From a virus (Duplodnaviria; Caudoviricetes), in the IMG/VR virus record IMGVR_UViG_3300021387_000688: a DNA stretch of 64,000 bases; one strand, written 5' to 3'. Shown here piece by piece: positions 59,269-64,000 of the stretch. How positions within the stretch are numbered: the stretch's first letter is position 1; every line of letters begins with the position of its first letter. Position numbers and translations under genes: made by a program. The notes under the pieces were generated by a model. It searched no databases, had not been told where the DNA came from, and saw nothing but the letters and a program-made list of their open reading frames with translations.

Positions 59269-59400
59269 GTAAATTACTAGGGCACCTGCACTATATAATT
59301 ATTATTAACATTTAGATGTAACTTGAGCAACCTTTCCAAAACAAATTAAGATTTTGTTTTTGGATTAAAATTATGTTCACCTTACGTCAAGGAGTTTTAT

Positions 59401-60720
59401 ATGTTACAAGAAGAAGAAGTAGACTTTGACGCCTACACCGCAGCAGTTGAAGAGAAAGAGCAGTCTGATGCTCAGAACAATCAGAACAACCAGGGATTTG
59501 AATTCCCAACATGTGTACAAGTTGGTTCTAAAGCCATTGTACGTTTCGTAAACGGTATTGCAGAAACTGCAACAGATCAAGGCAAACCAGGTTCAGGTCG
59601 CGCAAAATTATTCAATATGGGTTGGGTAAAAGATGACGCCGGTAAGAACTTCCCACTCTGCCTCCCACCAATCGTTCAGAACAAGCCAATGTATCCTCAC
59701 ATCATGTACGACTTTATTGACAAAGTATTGTCTCGTACTTGGGTAGAAAATCCAGATCCTTCAAAGAAAGGTTCTTGGAAGTATTTCTATGCAGATAGAG
59801 ATGACTACGGTGCAAAGAGTTCTGGAGAAATGACTTTGAAAGACATTTATTGGAATGTATTCAAGTCAGGTCACAAAGAAGGCGAACAGTATTACGAATC
59901 CCAGAAGACTTGGAGAGGACAGACTGTTTATGTTGCAAATGTAATTGATAGAAATGATTACAAGTGGCACCAGGAAAACAAGAAAACAAAGTTGTTGATG
60001 AGATCTTTGAAGCTTAAGGGCGATAGATTGAATCATAAGGAAGTTTCTTTGTATGCAATCGGTGGTCCACTTCAGGAACTTGCTGACAATCATGGTTTCA
60101 AATTGAACTACGATGTTTTGATCGTTCCAGGAGAAAAGTCTCTTGATAAGTTCAAGTTGTACAATGTTACAAAACTTAAGAACATCAATTACTGGGATGA
60201 TGTAAGCAAGATTATCACAGAAGCTGATAAGAATGTAATTTCTACAAACACAGGATTTACAGCTGAAGAAGCTACATGGGATACAATCGATATCGATAAG
60301 TATTATCACTATACTTCTTACACAACAATCCTTAAGCACTTCGGAAAGACAATTCGTTGCTTCGATGACATGGTAGGAACAACTTTCTACGATCAGATGA
60401 AAGTAGAAGCTGATAGAGAAGCAGCTGAAAGAAAAGCTCGCCAGGAAGCTAAGAAAGCAGCAGAAGGAACAGCTGAAGCTACCCCAGCTACAGAATCAAA
60501 ACCAACTGTAGCAGAAAGCATTCCAGCTTCTCAGCCACAGCAGTCTATTGTAACTCCAAAAGAGGAGCCAAAGCCAGTTGAAACAACTGTAGTATCTTCA
60601 ACTCCATCTTTTGACAACATGCAGTCAGTTCCAACTGATAAGCCAGAAGAGATGCCAATCTCTGATGACGCAAAAGAAGATATTTCTAGCTTCTATGATT
60701 CATTGGACGATGACGAATAA
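59401..60720 (+). CDS. Single-stranded DNA-binding protein (T4 gp32-like)
   Basis: AIVRFV, YVANVIDR, YDVLI; low-complexity linker and acidic tail FYDSLDDDE; biased codons; sits before loader and helicase. Confidence 0.7.
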   Translation: MLQEEEVDFDAYTAAVEEKEQSDAQNNQNNQGFEFPTCVQVGSKAIVRFVNGIAETATDQGKPGSGRAKLFNMGWVKDDAGKNFPLCLPPIVQNKPMYPHIMYDFIDKVLSRTWVENPDPSKKGSWKYFYADRDDYGAKSSGEMTLKDIYWNVFKSGHKEGEQYYESQKTWRGQTVYVANVIDRNDYKWHQENKKTKLLMRSLKLKGDRLNHKEVSLYAIGGPLQELADNHGFKLNYDVLIVPGEKSLDKFKLYNVTKLKNINYWDDVSKIITEADKNVISTNTGFTAEEATWDTIDIDKYYHYTSYTTILKHFGKTIRCFDDMVGTTFYDQMKVEADREAAERKARQEAKKAAEGTAEATPATESKPTVAESIPASQPQQSIVTPKEEPKPVETTVVSSTPSFDNMQSVPTDKPEEMPISDDAKEDISSFYDSLDDDE

Positions 60721-60747
60721 GTTGTAAAATAATTAAATAATACGTAT

Positions 60748-60774
60748 CACCTAGAGGAAACTCTAGGTGTTTTT
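60748..60774 (+). terminator. Intrinsic terminator
   Basis: CACCTAGAG-GAAA-CTCTAGGTG plus T-run. Confidence 0.9.
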
Positions 60775-60799
60775 CGTTAACACCAACTATAATATTAAC

Positions 60800-61582
60800 A
60801 TGGAATATATAAGATCACCGCACTGTGAATGTGCACAATATTCAGATATTGATTCAGTTTCATTTGAGAAAAGAAAATCCTTAAAGACTTATTGGCAAAA
60901 AGGCTATATCTATACACAAGGCAAAACTACTGAATGTAGTTGCCATAAAAGATTTAGATTAGGTTCAAGGTATGATATCCTTTCTTTACAATTTGGGTTA
61001 CCCTCTTATCAAGATTTAAGTCAATTAAAATATATGGGGCCGGGAGACGCTTATAAGAAATTAAAAGCTGTTCCTGCTATTGTAGATAAACATCCTATAA
61101 GAGATTTGATTGTTTATTGTACAGGTATTGAAGGAAATCAAAAAACAACTTCGGCCGCAAAAGTAATTTACGATATTGTAACATCTAATAAAACTGTAGA
61201 ATATATTTTATTTCCAGATTTGATTAACAAGATGTTAAGTTTTGAATTTGACCAAACCCCTTATTTAACAACAGATTTCTTATTCATTGATGACGTGTTT
61301 GAAGGGGAAACAGTAAACTTCAAAAACACTTACAATGCTTTTTATAATTTGTTACTTAAGAGAAGAAAGCCAACTATTCTTATTTCTTCATGGAATCAGG
61401 AAATGTTATTTTCAGATAAGGGAAAGCAACTTCCTTCTTTTAACCCCGATATGCTAAATAAGATCTTTAACAGGATTAATAATAAGGCTCATAAATCTGT
61501 TATAGAGTTCAATGACAATGTAGAGAAGCTTAGAGTAATGGAACAGATAGGTGATGAGCCTGTAGATTTATGGAGTTTGTAA
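60800..61582 (+). CDS. DnaC/IstB-like helicase loader ATPase
   Basis: N-terminal C.C...C.C Zn motif; GIEGNQKTT; FLFIDDV; R..PTI.ISS; adjacent to DnaB. Start moved to 60800. Confidence 0.75.
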   Translation: MEYIRSPHCECAQYSDIDSVSFEKRKSLKTYWQKGYIYTQGKTTECSCHKRFRLGSRYDILSLQFGLPSYQDLSQLKYMGPGDAYKKLKAVPAIVDKHPIRDLIVYCTGIEGNQKTTSAAKVIYDIVTSNKTVEYILFPDLINKMLSFEFDQTPYLTTDFLFIDDVFEGETVNFKNTYNAFYNLLLKRRKPTILISSWNQEMLFSDKGKQLPSFNPDMLNKIFNRINNKAHKSVIEFNDNVEKLRVMEQIGDEPVDLWSL

Positions 61583-61583
61583 T

Positions 61584-63023
61584 ATGGCTTACGAAAGTGA
61601 AAATCAGTATGCAATGGATTGTATAGCTGCCAGTGTAGGTACAGCTTTAAGTGAAGATTTTTATACGAGGGATTATGATATCTTAATTGGATATGAAAAA
61701 CCTTTTCAAAGGATTTGTTCTTCTTTTATAGACTTTGTAAAAACTATTAGTTTTGAAAATGTTCTTAAATACGGTACTATCGAAAACTTTACAGAAACCT
61801 ATACAAACAAAAAAGGTGCAGCTATTTCTGAAGATGAACAATCTATCATAGATATAATTTACGAACAGATTAATTACAACAAAACTAATAACAACGGGGG
61901 TTTGAAAGAACCTAACAATCTTTGGAAAAAGTTAGGAGAAGCTAGACGCAAAATCAATCTTTATAAATCTACAGAAGAGTTGACCAAGAGCGGAACTTAT
62001 TCTACTAACCCTGTTACATGGTCGGATTCTTATTATGAAGAATTACAGAAGAGTATGGCAGATGCTTCTATTTCAAACGTAGAAACAGAAGAACAATTAT
62101 TGATGGCGGAAGACTTAGTTTCTTATTATAAAGAAACTTTGGATAAACGTGAACAAGGCTCTCATTATTCTTGGCATAATCAAATCTTTGATGAACTTAT
62201 TGAAGAAGGTCCAACTCCAGGTCATGGGGGAATTATCGGTGGTTCTACAGGTATGGGTAAATCAACTTTATGTCTTAACGTAATAGATGATTTAATCAAT
62301 GCAGATGTTCCAACTATTTACTTCCCTATAGAAATGGGGGTAGAAAATACAATGGACCGTTTAGCTTCAAAACGAACTCATATTCCATTTAAGGAAATTA
62401 CAAAGCTTGGTAGAAGTGATACTATCAAAGATGCAAGAGCAATTATTGATCACGAAATAGATGGTTTGTTAGCCCATAGTAATTTTGCTATTGTTAGAGA
62501 CCCTTGCATTACAATGCCTAAATTGAGATCTTATGTAAAGAGATTCCAATCTAAATTACCAGGCAATAAATACTGTATTGTATTTATAGACTTGTTGTTA
62601 ATGATTTCTGAGTTTTATGATGGCGGAGAAGGTTCAATGGCACAGATGATTGAAAAGGCCGTTAACAAACTTGATATTCTTGCAAAGGAATTGGGTTTCC
62701 ACTGGGTAGGAGTTGTACAGTTGAATAGATCTGTAGAAACAGATAAAGTTCAGTCAATGCAGTCTATTGATAAATTAAAACCAACTCGTTCAGCTATTAA
62801 AAACTCTTCAGCTTTGTTGGAACGTGCACGATGGGCTATTACTATTTTCAGAAAGAAGTATTTCGCGGATTTATATTTACCAGAAGATGAAGCTGCAACT
62901 ATTGAAGATATTGCAGAAATACAATTGATGAAAGCTAATGATGAAGCATTAGGAAGAAGATATGCAATCTTTGATGGACCTACATTTACTATAACTCCAA
63001 TGCAGGATGAGAGAGTAGCATAA
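61584..63023 (+). CDS. dnaB: Replicative DnaB-family helicase
   Basis: GGSTGMGKST, IEM, IVFIDLL, LAKEL, VQLNR, IKNSSAL. Confidence 0.92.
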   Translation: MAYESENQYAMDCIAASVGTALSEDFYTRDYDILIGYEKPFQRICSSFIDFVKTISFENVLKYGTIENFTETYTNKKGAAISEDEQSIIDIIYEQINYNKTNNNGGLKEPNNLWKKLGEARRKINLYKSTEELTKSGTYSTNPVTWSDSYYEELQKSMADASISNVETEEQLLMAEDLVSYYKETLDKREQGSHYSWHNQIFDELIEEGPTPGHGGIIGGSTGMGKSTLCLNVIDDLINADVPTIYFPIEMGVENTMDRLASKRTHIPFKEITKLGRSDTIKDARAIIDHEIDGLLAHSNFAIVRDPCITMPKLRSYVKRFQSKLPGNKYCIVFIDLLLMISEFYDGGEGSMAQMIEKAVNKLDILAKELGFHWVGVVQLNRSVETDKVQSMQSIDKLKPTRSAIKNSSALLERARWAITIFRKKYFADLYLPEDEAATIEDIAEIQLMKANDEALGRRYAIFDGPTFTITPMQDERVA

Positions 63024-63028
63024 AAAAT

Positions 63029-63060
63029 AAAAGGCTGACAATTAAGTCAGCCTTTCTTTT
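63029..63060. terminator. Bidirectional terminator
   Basis: AAAGGCTGAC-AATTAA-GTCAGCCTTT. Confidence 0.88.
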
Positions 63061-63242
63061 TAGCCCTGTAAATGTTGAAGGGTTTTGTATTGATTACTTG
63101 TACCTTCAACCAACTTAATTCTCTGACCAGGCTTGTTCTGAGCTTCGCGCAACTCCATTTGGGTAACAGGTTTACCATCTAATAAGATTTCCTGCACATT
63201 TGGGGCTGTATTTGCGTTTTCATTGTTTACTACTTCACTCAT
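63060..63242 (-). CDS. Small protein ending in Gly (possible minimal ubiquitin-like/beta-grasp protein)
   Basis: EILLDGKPVT...RIKLVE...YKTLQHLQG; AAGGAG SD. Confidence 0.6.
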   Translation of the reverse strand: MSEVVNNENANTAPNVQEILLDGKPVTQMELREAQNKPGQRIKLVEGTSNQYKTLQHLQG

Positions 63243-63305
63243 AAGTTTTTCTCCTTATATACTTAAATAAGTGGCAAACCCGTAACTTTTACTATAATAA
63301 TTATT

Positions 63306-64000
63306 ATGATAACATTGGGATTTGAAAAAGGTAACATAGTAGCAGGAATAGTTAACACTAAAGATGAAAGTGATTTCAAAATGTGCTGCTCTATATTAAA
63401 AAATCAAAAGTTTAGATGGAACCCTGATAGAAGGCAATGGGAAAAATCCGCTCTTCTTTACAATAACGATTTATATGATGTATTAAAAATTATTACAGAG
63501 GTTTATTTTCCGGATATTGTCAAACAGCAAATAGAAAATTATCCAAATACTTTACCTACGGAATATGAAGAATATGCCCCTATCGAAAAACTAGATTATA
63601 CCAAATATGTAAAGTTCCCTCCTATCAAAGGTAAACACCCTTATGAAACATTCCAGGATGAAGATATTAGAAAAGCGTTAAGTAGAAATAGAATGCTTTT
63701 CAATTGGTCAATGGGTTGTGGTAAATCTTATGCCACTTCTGTTATTTACGAATACCTAAGAGTAGAAAGAAGTGTACCTAAAATGATTTTGTTAACTACA
63801 AGAGTGGGTACATTAAACTTAAGAAAAGAGTTGTGCAAGTTCTGTAAATCTTTAAAGTTGGAAGATGTTGCAGTTTTCAATTCTCCAAAATCTTTTAAGA
63901 GACAAGCCGGTGGAAGAAAAATATTTGACTCTGTAGAAATATGTGAAAAGAAAGTTTTAGTATTTTCTTACGATAGCTGGAAGTTGATGGCTTCTGCTTA
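63306..64000 (+). CDS. SNF2/SF2 helicase, 5' part (runs off window end)
   Basis: MITLGFEK...FRWNPDRRQW (HARP-like), FQ (Q motif), NWSMGCGKS Walker A, VLVFSYDS; not in the ORF track. Confidence 0.8.
   Translation, partial: MITLGFEKGNIVAGIVNTKDESDFKMCCSILKNQKFRWNPDRRQWEKSALLYNNDLYDVLKIITEVYFPDIVKQQIENYPNTLPTEYEEYAPIEKLDYTKYVKFPPIKGKHPYETFQDEDIRKALSRNRMLFNWSMGCGKSYATSVIYEYLRVERSVPKMILLTTRVGTLNLRKELCKFCKSLKLEDVAVFNSPKSFKRQAGGRKIFDSVEICEKKVLVFSYDSWKLMASA

Noticed and set aside
5490-60339. Many short antisense or overlapping ORFs in the track (e.g. 5490-5912, 29165-29536, 42161-42571, 47588-47977, 59866-60339)
   Set aside because: Shadows of long real genes, without SD or promoter, with composition typical of reverse-complement frames.
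1-64000. Stop-codon reassignment as in some large gut phages
   Set aside because: ORFs are long and intact in code 11; TAG ends genes at 38077 and 41608 and TGA at 20721, at sensible positions.
1-64000. CRISPR array, tRNA, rRNA, IS or integrase
   Set aside because: No regularly spaced repeats, cloverleaf or transposase/integrase motifs seen; intergenic gaps are short and mostly explained. A tRNAscan run would be the definitive check.

Overview
AT-rich, densely coding segment of a large T4-like/jumbo myovirus genome read in standard code 11. Structural genes are scattered on both strands among replication and accessory genes. Structural: gp23-like major capsid, gp18 sheath, gp19 tube, tape measure, gp26/gp51-like chaperones, neck, baseplate and several large fibre/virion proteins. 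Replication: DnaB, DnaC-like loader, DnaX-like clamp loader, gp32-like SSB, Mre11/gp47, 5'-3' exonuclease, SNF2-like helicase, NrdG. Most notable: (1) a full-length eukaryote/thaumarchaeon-type topoisomerase IB; (2) an unannotated 51-aa FlgM-like (anti-sigma28) peptide just upstream of it; (3) a ribosomal-S3-like KH-domain gene back-to-back with a promoter- and terminator-bounded candidate small RNA containing an H-type pseudoknot; (4) about 15 genes that look leaderless, with the ATG directly after a -10 or late-promoter motif; (5) two phage promoter classes, ACTAAWTR (late) and GAAA-N20-TATATT; (6) a PA-X-like CCC_UUU_CGG +1 frameshift site in the tail chaperone. NrdG, the FlgM-like peptide and BspA-type LRRs suggest an anaerobic, flagellated host (inference only). 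All family calls come from motif recognition by eye; no database searches were run.
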